From: Chrysomallon squamiferum
Lineage: Eukaryota > Animalia > Mollusca
Assembly (NCBI GenBank): GCA_012295275.1
Contig: CM022665.1
Coordinates: 25,296,001-25,360,000, forward strand
Direction: 5' to 3'
DNA: 64,000 nt
Shown here piece after piece: positions 24,621 to 38,310 of this stretch (positions are counted from its first letter, which is position 1; every line of letters begins with the position of its first letter). The position numbers were made by a program, and so were the translations under genes. Below the pieces are notes generated by a model, which saw nothing but the letters and a program-made list of their open reading frames with translations, did no database searches and had not been told where the DNA came from.

Positions 24621-27600
24621 GGACTTAAAATGTTCAGTAAAAAAAAAAGTTTAAAAAAAAATATATATATATATATATTTTAAAATGTTCGAAATTTCAT
24701 AAATAAATAAAAATAAAACTTTTAAAGTCTATCTTATATATATATACATATAATGTTATCCTGATAACGTTTGAAGGGGAACAAAAAATAAGTGTATTTT
24801 AAAATGTGTCGAATTTATTAACATACATACATATATATATATATATATTTGTGTATAATTTTAAAATTTAAAAAAATAATAATAATTTCCATTAAATGTT
24901 ATCCACGTTAGCTAAGAAGGGACATAAAATAACACTCTCAATACGTAAAAATAAATGGAAAAATTAAAAATACACTTAAAAAGTGTCGAATTTAAAAAAG
25001 AAAAAAAGATTTAAAAAAAGGCAAAACCACTTTAAAAGCTTCTTTTTTTAAATTTTAAAACTTTTTTCAAAAAGTGTCATCAACTAAATGTTATGTATGT
25101 TACCTTTCAAAGGACAGAACATGCCTAGTGCTTTTCTCAGAAAGAAGACGCGTACTTAAAAACGTGTCGAGTTTTAAAAAAAAAAAAAAAAAAAACACCA
25201 ACTTTCAAAACCAAAAAAAGATTTCCACTAAATGTTATCCGTGTGTAACCTTTCAATGTACAGAAAATGCCTAGTGCTTTTCAATCAAATTTTGCACCAA
25301 GATTTAGCCCTTGCAGTCTGCTGCAGGAAGTGATCGCATTTGTTCAGAATCGCTCTTAAAGGTCACGGCTAATGTCCAGACGGATTTTCATCTGGTCTCT
25401 TATAAGTATTCGAGGAACCCACAGGGATGAGACTCTTGCTTGACTAAGTTGTCAGTGGTCATTTATTTAGCTAGACTAAAACAGAAACACGATGTTTTAG
25501 ATAATGGTTATCAGGACGTTCTGAAATCAGGCATGATCGGCGATCTTTATCTTTTCATTTCTTTTCTCTGCTGCCGCTTTCAAACAAGTTAATGTTGCAG
25601 TTACTTTTACAGTTCAATAATTATATATTTTTTAATTGTTATTAACTGTCGTTATGATATTTACTATCAGCAACTTTGTAATTATTATTGTTGTTGTTAT
25701 TATTGTTATTTTTATTATTGTTATATCATCATCTTTTACTGTAGATGAGAAATACGTTTTAATTATTACCGTTTTTAATTTTTAATTTTTTTTTTTTCAA
25801 CAACAACAAATAAAGATACTGTATAATGTTACTCTTTCTTTTAACTTATTAAACATTCTAATGTACTAAATTATTTCACGTAAGAAACAGAAAATGTGTA
25901 TACTTGCATCAAATTACAGAGTATTTTTTATATACACTTCCCTGAAGAGGTAAAATAAGAACTATACAGAAAGGCCACACGAACTCACTGGGAACACCAA
26001 CCAATTAGTCTTTATGTCAGAAGTTATCAGTATGGCGTGACATCGATTTCATATTCTTTTTTCTAACTTTTTACTCATTAACTTTCATTATGTTAAAAAG
26101 TAGACATTACATCATACGGCACGAAAGTAACTTTTGTCAAATTTAATGTGACATTTTAAAAAAAAGAAAGAGAATTTAAAAAAATATATCATTGTTTGGT
26201 CTTCTAACGTATCTGTCAAATCATTGTTTCTTCAGCATATAATTTACGTCAGATTCTTAGTAAAATGATAAACTTGACAGAAGATACAAAGACGATCTGC
26301 TGGGATCGTCATGGTTGTGTTATCGCTGTTAAAATCACTAAATAATGGATTCGTGTAACACGTTCTGTTTTACTTTTCGCTGACTGGCGAGGGAAAAGCT
26401 CGCAAAGTTTAATGCACGTAGGCAGAGTTTGATGCATTCGCCTATGAAAACCGTCTGAAACGAAAGGTTATTTTAATTTTCAAACCATTTTTCTTTTCTT
26501 TTCCTTTAAATTCCAATTTGTTTTTTTTGTTGTTGTTTTTTTAAACTGCTAAAAATTATTTTTTATAATTACTATTTAACACTGTTTCTAGTTTAGTTTG
26601 AAGTTATATTTTAGGGGAAAAAAAACCCAGTTTATAATTTTTTATATATATATTTATTCTCAAGAATAATCATGCAGGAATCAAAGAAAAAAAATCTTAA
26701 CAAACCATGCCAGTATCTTATTTTAGAAAAAAAAAAATAATAATAATTTTAATTAAAAAAGTCGTCAAAGAATTTCATATCATTGATAATTTTGTCGCCA
26801 TGCTGGTATTTGTATCTCAGTATGCGAGTCTGTGGACTGACAAGAGTGGTGACTGTGTGCTCGTTATCTTTGGCTTTGCGGTTTACATCCCTCTTTCCTT
26901 TCTTTAATCAAAAGTCCATCAACTTTTTAGGGATCTTGTTACGTAATACATGTATTTGACGCATTATTATTCTTAATAAACACTGCCAGCAAATTTCGGG
27001 GGTTTTTTTTTGTTGTTTTTTTTTTTGTTGCTGTTGTTGTTTTGGGGGGTTTTCTCCAAATTACAGATTTTTTTGCTATTCTTGGACCACTTACTTAATT
27101 TTTTCAAGTTTTCTTTGACAAAATGCTTTGAAGTATTTTATATTTTTGCCAAAAGTTTTCTACTTTTGTAATTTTTTCTTCTTCCTCGTATTTCGAGTTG
27201 TTTTGTTTTTTGTTTATTTGTTGTTGTTTTTCTTTTTGTCTTTTTTTAAAAATTATTTATAACTTATACATGAGAAAGACATTTGCTACATAATTTGAGA
27301 AGAATCTGAAAATTAAAATTTTTATTAGTGTTGTTATTGATGTCACTGTCGTCATCTTCAGTAGCTGGTTTTGTCTGTGATACTGTGATCGCGTGTTTTT
27401 CGTAGATATTTGAAACTCGTTTTACTTACAAAAAATCAACAAACACACGCATAAGCCTACAGTATGAAATGATTGTGTAGTTATCTATTTCACTGTGTTT
27501 GTTTGCCAATCGGTCAACGTAGAAAAGGTGTTAAAATTATCTGGAGATTCAAGCGCGCCCATCATGGCACACAATCCAGAAGCAAGTCAATGTGGTTTAT

Positions 27601-28374
27601 TAAAGAATTAGAAAGAGACGACAGGGTTTTGTGATTTTTCTCCAATAAGCTTTGAATAGGAGCCAGGACATGTACCTATTCCCAGTCCACGCCAGACGTA
27701 ATATAGCTGTGATTGTTCATCTTCTATCCTACTTATCTGTTAGTCCATTTATCTGTCTCGCTGTCGGAATAACTGTTTGTGTAAGGAAAATGATCATGAA
27801 CCAGAATGTACTTCGTCATACAAAAAATCCGGATAACTCTAAATGTCTGGATGTCTAACAGATGCCAAAAACCCACCAAAAATCCAAATTAAAACAAAAT
27901 AAAAATAACACGCCCAAAAACATCATTAAAAAAACAATGTAATCAGTCGTTGTTTGATACCTTGTTGATTATGATATCGCGTTTCTTTACGCTAGAGCGC
28001 AGCGTTTGTGTGGGTGCGGTCAATCTGTACCATGTTTCAATCAAAGCGCTGTTTTTGCATGTCTGTCGATTGGCCAGACTCCGACTTCGTCAGAAAGTTT
28101 TCTTTTAGGACATGTAGCTCGTCCCAGCGTTAAATTGAGATCTGTATCTTTACAGGCTCTCTTCTGCTCAGTGACAGAAAAACTGGCGGGGGCGACTTAA
28201 CTCTTCCTCAGTTATTTTGGATTCAGCGAGTATCAGATTCCAGTACACACTAACCTTTCTTAGCCCTTGATTAATTTCCATTTATATACGTGTGTCTGTC
28301 AGTATGTATGTGTGTGTGTATATATATACACATACACACACACATACATATTTATTTTTTATTACTGATCTTGT

Positions 28375-28460
28375 AGTTGTTATTATTGTTATTGTTGTTG
28401 TTGTTACTACTACCACTACTATTACTACTACTACTACTATTATTATTATTATTATTGTCG

Positions 28461-28491
<31 letters not shown>

Positions 28492-28511
28492 ATCATTATT
28501 ATTATTGTTGT

Positions 28512-28543
<32 letters not shown>

Positions 28544-28568
28544 CTACTACTACTACTACTACTACTAT
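28375..28568. repeat. Compound (GTT)/(ACT)/(ATT) microsatellite
   Basis: Direct reading. It accounts for the three overlapping homopolymeric ORFs here. Confidence 0.93.
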
Positions 28569-29209
28569 CTGAAAACGTACTTAACAATATTACTTCATTT
28601 TAACTGATAGGTTTTTATTTGGAAAGCTAAATGATAATTACATCTGTTACCTCTGATGACACACTAAACGATATTAATTCTGAGTCTTTATTTACATAAT
28701 GAATAACACTCTAAACTGAATAACGATAGCGTTATTTTCACTACAAACGTTATTCACCGTGGATGATCGGTGGTGCTGGCGATTTATTTACCGTAAGGGT
28801 GAATTCTTTATTACGGAATTTAACGGTTCTGTTTGGTGTTAGAGAACCCATTTGTGAAATCGATACTAATAGAATCTTCTATAAAATAAATGTTTGGAGG
28901 TATTCGCTGACATCTCTCAATCTACAGATAAATTATCAATTCCGATCTGCATTTTATCTGTTTTACTCTTATCTAAATACTTTTCAAAAGCAGTAATGAA
29001 ATCGTAGGTACACATACCTAATCGATTTTTTTGTTTGTTTTTAAAAAGATACTTAACACTGAATAGATTATTCAATTTGTAAACTCTAATAATTAATTAA
29101 ACAGAAAGGGACATTACTTTTTCACCAGTCGGAGAGATGTTATTGCAGTGTAACTAAACTGATAAGAGTGAACGCATGCAGATAATGTTTATAAAATAAA
29201 ATCTAGAGT

Positions 29210-29930
29210 ATCAATATTCGTCCGGGGTTTAGATAGTGTCCATCTTGTTTATATTCACTCAATGTTTAGGTATGTCCATATTACTCATATTTACTGTGTT
29301 TCAGTAGGTTCATATTCTTTTAATCTTGATACATGTCCACTGTGTTCATTTTCACTCAACCATACTTAGATTCACTCAGTATTTATACGTATTTCTCATA
29401 TTCACTCAAAGTTTAGATATGTTCATTTTGCTCACATTTAGTCGGTGCTAATATAGGTCGACCTTACTCGTGTTTACTCAGTGTTTAGATACGTCCGTCT
29501 TGTTCGTATTAACTCGGTGTTTTGATGTATCCACCGTACTCATATTAACACAGTGTTTCGGTATGTCCTTGCTCAATTTTACTCAATGTTTAGGTAAGTA
29601 CACTTTGTTATTATTCACCTAGTGTTTATGAATGTCCACCGTGCTCGTATTTGCTCAGTGCTTATACATGTACATACTGTTCATAATCATTCAAAGTTTA
29701 TGCTTATCTACTTTGTTATATTTACCCTGTATTTACATATATCTACCTTGCTCATATTCGCTCAGTGTTTATGTATGCCTGTCGTATTATCATTCACTCG
29801 GTGTTTACGTATGTACAATGATACAATGTTTACATGTGTCCACTGTACTTACAATAACTCAAACTGAGCTATGACCATTAAATTCAGTGTTTAAATATGT
29901 CCATAATGCCAATATCCATTCATTATCTAG
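29210..29930. repeat. Old degenerate ~36-bp tandem array (~20 copies)
   Basis: GTGTTTAG-like anchors at 29481, 29517, 29553, 29587, 29622, 29658, 29765 and 29801. Consensus ~CAGTGTTTAGATATGTCCACCTTGCTCATATTCACT. Confidence 0.88.
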
Positions 29931-30888
29931 GCACATTTTTCCATACTGATGATATTTGGTTATGAATAAAGTACAGTATATTCATCCTATATGATACTAA
30001 TATAGAATGTTTTCGTGGAAATTATTTATATCCCATTGCACCGTCTCCGAGAAGATCTATGATGTTGTCTTCAGTTGGTTGCTGACTGGTTAAATGTAGA
30101 GTCATTTCGATGGTAGAGAATAACCAAGTTTCAGTTGTCAGAAACTGAAGGCAATGGAATTTTTTTCGTACAACGCTCTTTAAACAGTAATTAATCGACA
30201 CAGATCTGCAAATCTGTATAATTAAATATTAACTGATATAATAATAACATTTCTAAAACAATTTAAACAACATAAAAAAAAAAAGGAAAAAGAAAAAAAC
30301 AAGGATACTAACTTCACCGAACCTGTGTTTGATAATTCCATACGGGAAACAAAAAAAAAATGTCCTTGACAAAAATAACTTGTCACCAAATATTTCAACT
30401 TGTTTACGGTTCTTGTGAATTAAAGATAATCTACATTTCAGTTCTGAGGGTTCATCAACCGAGATGGCTGCGTTTGTAAAGGGCATCATGACGGAACATC
30501 AAATCATTGCTGATGATATTCCTACTGGTTTGTCACTTGAGTGATCTGTTCTCGCCATTCAACGAGTCCCGCAACGCCCCAAGTGATGTCCGCAGTTTGA
30601 AGAATTACCTCGGCCCGGAAATACACTGGTGACATCGGTGCTTCCAGTGTCCGATAACTTAGAAGACTCGCTGAAGCCAGCCCTCCCACGATACCTTACT
30701 GTGACAATAAATTTAACCATCGTCGTGGTTTTAAAAATACGGCTGCAGCAACAGAAATTGTTAACATTCAAGCATCTAATAAATTGTCGAATCTAAAGGG
30801 AATGGAATTTTGATTGAGATTTTTGATGGCGATGGTCTCATTCACAGTTTAATTTTCACAATGTTATACATAGATATTTAACTTATAA

Positions 30889-30891
<3 letters not shown>

Positions 30892-30948
<57 letters not shown>
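30892..30948. repeat. (GA)n microsatellite
   Basis: Perfect GA run. Confidence 0.97.
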
Positions 30949-30951
<3 letters not shown>

Positions 30952-31996
30952 ATATGTATGTGTGTATGAGAAAAAGAAAATGAAAGAGAATGAGAGAGAA
31001 GAAGAGAGTTAGAGCGCAAGGGAGATAGAGAGAGAAAGAGAGAATAAGTAACTAACAGAATTTGACATTTTGGGAAAATATTTCGTCAAATAATATTCAA
31101 TATCATATTGATTGTAAAGCAAAGTTTTCCCAGACTGTATACAATTACCTCTTCTCGTTTTGTATAATTCGCTCGAGGCATGAATCACAACGGACAATTT
31201 CATATTGGTAGACAACTTATAAAAACTAAATTCAAAATCTATGAAATGCAATATTCAAGGTTCATGACTTAAATATTGAACAGAACCAATTATTTGAAAA
31301 TTTATTAGAAATTCATAACGATAAAGAAAGTCATCCAAGTATTTAAAATAATATCTGAAGGCATTGTTTCGATCCTCTGAATAAACTTTATTTCATTAAA
31401 AACAATGATTGTTACTAGAAGGATCTTAAAGGCGATTCTGTTGACAATTTGAAACTGAAATAAATCGAAAAAAGGATGCAAATATAGATAATAAAAAATA
31501 ATTTTATTGAAAAATTAATTTCATAAGGTAGCATGCAGTTATAAATATTATTGTTTTATATCGCGACTTGGAACATTTATATTGATTTTGAGATATTTAT
31601 TGGTATTTTTGTGAAAGATATAAATTTATATGAATCTGCTTTTGAATTGGAAGAACCATAAAATCGGCGACATAAATAAGATTCTTCCACTCAAACGCAT
31701 ACCCGAAGATACAGCAATAACAAATAAATTTAAAAATCTGTATAAATTACATATTAATTAAAAGAATACAGATACTATATAGTGTCATAGGTAAACAACA
31801 ACAACTAAAATTACTCTTCAAAAATGAAACTTCCCAAAACCAAAGAAGAAAAAATGCCTCAAAGAACCTCAAAATTTAACAAAAAATAAATAAATAAATA
31901 TTATCCTACTATCTGACTGCCAACAACAGCCTACACCTCAAATCAAAAGTAAAATAAAACTATCCCATATAATCTTTTCCAGAATATAATGTATGT

Positions 31997-31999
<3 letters not shown>

Positions 32000-32059
<60 letters not shown>
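32000..32059. repeat. (TG)n microsatellite
   Basis: Perfect TG run. Confidence 0.97.
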
Positions 32060-32062
<3 letters not shown>

Positions 32063-32447
32063 ATGAAGTAGCTATGAACTAATTATAAAATTCAGGAAAA
32101 AATGTCTGACAAGAATGTGACAACGTTAATATAAATTTAAAACAAAAAAAACGAAAACAAAAATAATAATAATAATAAAATAAAATAAACCACTGGATCA
32201 TTTCATTCATTATTAAAGACAAAGTCTTCAAGTTCTTAAAAGCTTCCATGCATGTTGTCTCAATCAACTTCAACACTTCTGAAGTAAATAATAATTCGAT
32301 CTTTTCTTTTTCGCTTTTAAACTAAAACAAAAGGTTTTCTTCAAACACTAATTTGCTTCGATTTTTTCTTTCCGTTAGTGAATATGTTAAAAAGAAAGAA
32401 AGAAAAAAAGAACTGGGTTGAAAAAAATATTATTTTTCTAGTGACTT

Positions 32448-32489
<42 letters not shown>

Positions 32490-32817
32490 AAAATGAAAAT
32501 AATAAACGTTGGGACTGGATTTCAAAGTGTACTGAATATTATTTTATTGACTGTATTTTATTGGTAGGATTTATGGAATAATTATTTGTTTTACTGTCAA
32601 GTTTGCAATTATACAGGCAGCATGACTTACATTTAACTTCAACTAAAAATGTATATATATATTATATGTGTGTGTGTGTGCGTGTCCATAATTATAAGTA
32701 TACATGACAATGTGTATGATACCGTCAGAACAAATCTTTCATGTTATCTTCTCAGTTATGTGTGTCGTGATCTGCATATGTATTATTCCTGCGTTTGTAA
32801 TTATAATTACGTGTGGG

Positions 32818-32861
<44 letters not shown>

Positions 32862-33203
32862 TTTTTTTTTTTTTTTTTTTTTGGTAATTGTACCCCAAAA
32901 CCCAATAATCACTCAGATACATATTAATTGACAAAGACAGCATTACCACCAGTGTACGTTTTACACAACTAATAGATTCGTTAACATTTTAACACTTCTC
33001 AAATAGGTCCCCAGCGACTGACTGCCTTCCTCATTCTTCCATATTACTGACACTTAGCAGTTTACTGCTGCCGCTATTAACATTTATATTGTTCCGATTC
33101 GGTCAAGTCCCTATTCCGGCGAAATCAAGCATTATATTCCTGTCATTAACGATTAAGCTATATCAAATATCTCATCTACGCGGAGTTGGTTACCTTACAT
33201 TTT

Positions 33204-33420
33204 ACTAATAAGTAGTACTGTATATTTTTATTTATGTAATATTGTTTAGATCATTTTTACTAAATTTGACTCGGTCTTTCAGCATGTATCAAAATTCTTA
33301 TCTAAGATAGTTTATATATTATTAATAAGTAGTACTGTATAATTTTATTTATGCATTTTTGCAAAGATCATTTTAATGAATTTGACGTGATTTTTCATAA
33401 ACATGCATCCAAGATGTTTA
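33204..33420. repeat. Diverged direct duplication (~117-bp period, 2 copies)
   Basis: TAATAAGTAGTACTGTATA..TTTTATTTATG..AGATCATTTT..AATTTGAC..CATG.ATC.AA.AT occurs twice. Confidence 0.8.
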
Positions 33421-34768
33421 AATTATATCTGTGTTTACGAGAAATAATTTTTGTTTTTTCTGTAAACAGCAAATGAAACAAAAGATGAAATGAAAATCTT
33501 AGCATTTTTTGCCACAGAAAGTTTTTTTTTTCTAAGTAAAATCAAGAATAAAAGATAAATATTTGTATTAATATTTAGATATATATATATAAAATAAACC
33601 TAGTAGATAAGAAGAAGAAATAATTAAGAAAGAAAACAAAGGAAAAATAAATTAGGAAAATTAATAATTAAGTTAGTGTATAAAAGAACGTCAGTGATAG
33701 TGTTTCGTGCTTCGGAGCAGTCTGCGTAGCTGATGTAATTATTTTATTTTTATTTTTATTTTTTTCCTTCACAAAAGTGTGAGCGAAGCGTTCGGTATAT
33801 CACTGAAAGAATTTAATTATTTCGTAAATACTAAATTAACTTATAACCATCGTTACAGAAGAAACGAGAAGAACTATAAAACAAGAAACATGAAAAGAAG
33901 GAAGAAAAAAGAATGAATACAGAGGTCAAAAAAAAAAATAAAAAAATAAAAATAAATAGTGGAAGAAGAAGAAGACAGCGATATAAAGAACAATAAATTT
34001 TGGTAGGTCTCTGTCTCTAAGTTTCTGTATTTTCTTTTCTATTTCACTATTTTTCATTTTCTGTTTTTTCATACACACACGCATATATATATATATACAC
34101 TAACATACATTACACTCTCTCTATTTCTTTATTTACGTCTTTATTATCTCTCTCTTTCCTTCTCTCTTTTCTTTCTATCTGTCCCTTGCTATTTGTATAT
34201 CGGCTTATCTTTTTTTCTTCTCTTTGTCACTCTGTCTATACGTACGATCGAGAAATGTGGCTCAACTCTACACTAAATGCACCAGTCTACCTCATTGTTT
34301 TATCTAGCTTCTGTATGATTATCTACCTATCTTTCATTATATCTGTTTTTCTATTTATCTCTGCATTTGACTTCCATAATCTGCATGCTTAAAACTGAAA
34401 CCGATCCTTAAGTAACGTAATATGTTTGTAATGTACAGCCTTTTGTCATTCCATTATGTTCGCAAACATGTTTTGTTCCATCCTTTTTGCAAACAGCAAT
34501 GTCTGTTTACCATTGTAGATAACGCGTATCTATAGTCAACACACACACACATGCAGAGACATTGTATCATAGCAGTTTCTAAATGAATTTGATAAGCAGC
34601 AGTCTAAAAGGATGCAACAGTGGGGTGTGTTTGTTTCTGTGCATTTAGGTTACAATAAGTGGATTGATTTTAATTTTTGTCTATCAGTTTGATTTTAGAT
34701 ATATATGCACGCAAATGTGTGTGTGTGGCCGTGTTTGTTTAGACACATATATACACACATGTACATAT

Positions 34769-35067
34769 CATGGCCATAACGAGACTCTTTTTGAAATGAG
34801 GCAAAAACATTTAATCTCCGCTCTGCGGTTAAGTGTTTTTGCCTCATTTCAAAAAAAGTTGAGTTACGGGTCTGAGAGCCGACTTCAAACGGTAACAGTA
34901 GACATAAACGAATTCAATCAGTGGATATCGTTTCTATCGGAATAGAGATTTATATTTTTTACTTTTTTAAACAAAATCTTTGTATAAAAAGAAATAATAA
35001 CAGTATAAAATAAAAAGTAAAAAATCGTCGACTTTGCCTCATTTGCCTCAATGTAGTTACGGCCATG
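34769..35067. mobile_element. hAT-like MITE (~300 bp) with internal fold-back
   Basis: TIRs CATGGCCATAAC / GTTACGGCCATG (1 mismatch) and subterminal TGAGGCAAA / TTTGCCTCA repeats at both ends. The TSD is unclear because the element sits in a TA/CA microsatellite. Confidence 0.75.
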
Positions 35068-35610
35068 CACATACATACCTATATAGGACGCGAATATAAT
35101 CTTAGATAAATATCAAAACACGCAATATCTTTTCACAGTAAAATTTAAAATAAATAAATAAATAAATAAACATTTACAGAAAAAAAAAAAAAAAAAAAAG
35201 AGAAAAAGAAAAGAATTAATATACCACTATATAATTATAATCCGATTCCGAAACCTATACAGTTGACACAGATATGTCAACCATCCAGTGTTTTTCATGG
35301 ACACTAACAAAAACAGGAACACAATGCAGTTTGGATCATTCAAACCAGGAACACAATGAAGGAGTGAGTATTCCTTCCAAGAAAAGTATAATGTTCGTAA
35401 ATTAACGCAAATAAAATTGGTAACAGAGCGCAGGTGCATTTGTCCCTGGAGGAAGACGCTGGGGAAATTGCGACAATAAAATCTGTAAAATACGCCAAAG
35501 GAAGTAACCGATTAAATGCTGACTCTCAAATGTTCAGAGGTTTATCTTCTTCCTTAGAACTTCTTATTATTATTTGTTTTTACTGAAATGGTCATTTATT
35601 ATACCTATCA

Positions 35611-35642
<32 letters not shown>

Positions 35643-36950
35643 ACGTATTTTGTATTATTTTGTATATTATTGCTTTTTTGTTTGTGTTGTTTTATTTTGT
35701 TTTGTGTATAGGTTGTTTCTTTGCCAGGTTGTTCTGTTGAATATTTTGGAAGGGTTCTTTGGTTGCTTGGTTGTTTTGAAATTTTTATTTTTGGTGAAGT
35801 GTTTTCTTTTTTTTGTTATTGGTTTTTTTTTAAACTTTTGATTTTGTTTGTAGTTTTTTTAAGTTGGTTTTATTTTTGATGTTTTATTTTTTTATTATTA
35901 TTAAAATTTATATATTAGTTTTAATTTGTTTTGTTTGTTTGTTGTTTTGGGGGCTTGGGGGGTGATGGGTTTTTTTTCAGTATTAGTTATTTATTTTGTA
36001 TTTATTTTATTTTATTTTATTTATTTTTATGTTATTTTCATTTTTTGCTGACAGTTTTTATAGGATTTTTGCTGTTGTTGTTGTTTGGTGGGGATTTTTG
36101 TTATTGTTATTCAACTTCTAACGTTGGATTTGGTATATTTCTTTGTGGTTTATAATCAATTCAACTAAATCATATTTTAACTGATTATTGTATTTTTAAT
36201 TTAAATAATAATAACATAAGGATAATATCCAACAGTAATCACACACACACACACACACACACACATATAAACAAAAATATTCATTACTTCCTCCAGATTC
36301 TTCAAATATTTTGTAAAAAACAAATAATCAAAACTTAACTGCTAAAACAAATAAAATAATTTTCTATTTTATTAAATTCTTTTAAGAAAGAAAATGAAAA
36401 AAAAAATATAATAATCTCTTTTTATAATAGCTGAAAACCAAATATTTTTTTCAGTCTAAAAAAAAAAAAAAAAAATATCTATTAATGTGTTATATTAATA
36501 AATATCAAGCGCATTGTAATTTGTAATAATATTCGTACTGAAAGGAACAAGTGGTGGATATGTATTTTTAATGAGTACGTAACGTCGTATTCCGTTCTTA
36601 TACGAGTAAATGTCGTTATGTACGTTTTATTCTTCCTTTCACCAAACTGAATTTGTAATTATCGAGTGTCTCGCTAAAATACTGGAATACTTAATTCATT
36701 TCTGATCAAGTGATCGTAATCTGTGCTCTATTTATTATTCATCTGGAACAGATCAATCGAGTTATCACAGACGTAATGTTATTTAGTCTAAGGATTCGAG
36801 GCAAACGGCTAAAAAATAATCTAATTCTTTTCACATTTGCAGTCAAATTATTTTGACACTTTTAAACAGACATAACATAACGAACCACCGTTTAAAGTGC
36901 CTTACAGGAACAATAACAAAAGTTAAAGCAAAACAAAATAGAGAACCAGC

Positions 36951-36964
36951 GAGAGAGAGGGGCG

Positions 36965-37060
<96 letters not shown>
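36951..37060. repeat. (GA)n microsatellite
   Basis: Long GA run; source of the poly-ER ORF. Confidence 0.97.
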
Positions 37061-37061
<1 letters not shown>

Positions 37062-37291
37062 GTAAATTTAATTATTTTAATAATATTCATTATAACGATT
37101 CATGATTTTATAACATAAATAATAAAACACAATGGAGCCGTCAAACTGTGGTGTGCACAAAGGACATAAGTAATATATACATTTTAAAGTCGGTTTACTA
37201 TACATAAAAATATGAGCACACAAACACACATACACACTCGTTTGGCTCATGAAACAATTAGTTAGATTACAACTTGGAGTTCATCAAAGTA

Positions 37292-37327
<36 letters not shown>

Positions 37328-37986
37328 ATGTATCTCTCTATTTCTCTGTCTGTCTGTCTAGCTATGTGCCTGTCTGTTACTTATAGGTACAAACAGAGGC
37401 ATGCATGCACACTCAAATACACATGCATACGTATTTCTATCTATCTGTATTCTTTATTCGTGTGGTAGTTTACAAACCAACAACATTTAAAGTAGATAAA
37501 CAGACAGACAGATATATGTACAATTTTTTTATTTTGTTTGGATATTACATGTTTTGTTGTTAGAATTTGGATACCTAAAGTAGTATATTACATAAACTAA
37601 CAAAACTACGAGATATTTTGTTTCATTATCTGACTGCATAACAGTTTTACTGAGTATTAATGATAAATTATAACGAATACAAAATAAAAATAAATAAAAA
37701 TAAACAAAGTCGTCAGTAATCAGTCCAGTATGATTCATTCTAAACACTTTGGAACAATCAGCAAAGTTTCGTATTTCAATGTATAATAATTTTATTTCTC
37801 GCAGTTTCTACGCATTAATCGTTGGCTAATGTTATTTCTGTGTAGGAAACTCTCAGCAAAAACGAGTCGTTAAGCAGCTTTATGTATGAAATAACAAAAT
37901 TATGTTTATGAAGAGGCGTCCAACCGTATCCTGCAATTTGTTTTGTATTTATATTTTAATTCATTTTATTTTATTATGAATCTTTA

Positions 37987-38038
<52 letters not shown>

Positions 38039-38041
38039 TCT

Positions 38042-38086
<45 letters not shown>

Positions 38087-38251
38087 TAGTTTTTCTCTGT
38101 TTGTTTGGAGTGTTTGTTTTTTGGTGGGGTTTTTTTTCTTCTTTTTTTTCTTCCATTTTACTTGTAGTTTGTTTCCCGCCACTCTAAAATAATAATAATA
38201 ATAATAATAGTAGTAGTAGTAAAATAAAAATAATAATAATAACAGTGATAA

Positions 38252-38310
<59 letters not shown>

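Larger units (their letters stand above)
24011..25282. repeat. Degenerate array of six bipartite units separated by variable A-rich/microsatellite spacers
   Basis: TAAATGTTATCC..TAACCTTTGAAG-like motif at ~24011, 24495, 24751, 24889, 25081 and 25225. Most copies are followed by AAAA.GTGTCGAATTT. Confidence 0.75.

Noticed and set aside
24011-25282. Repeat-spacer pattern as a CRISPR array
   Set aside because: Eukaryotic context, degenerate repeats, low-complexity spacers of unequal length and no cas genes.
35078-35087. Isolated CArG box CCTATATAGG and scattered AGGTCA half-sites
   Set aside because: Several are expected by chance in 64 kb of AT-rich DNA.
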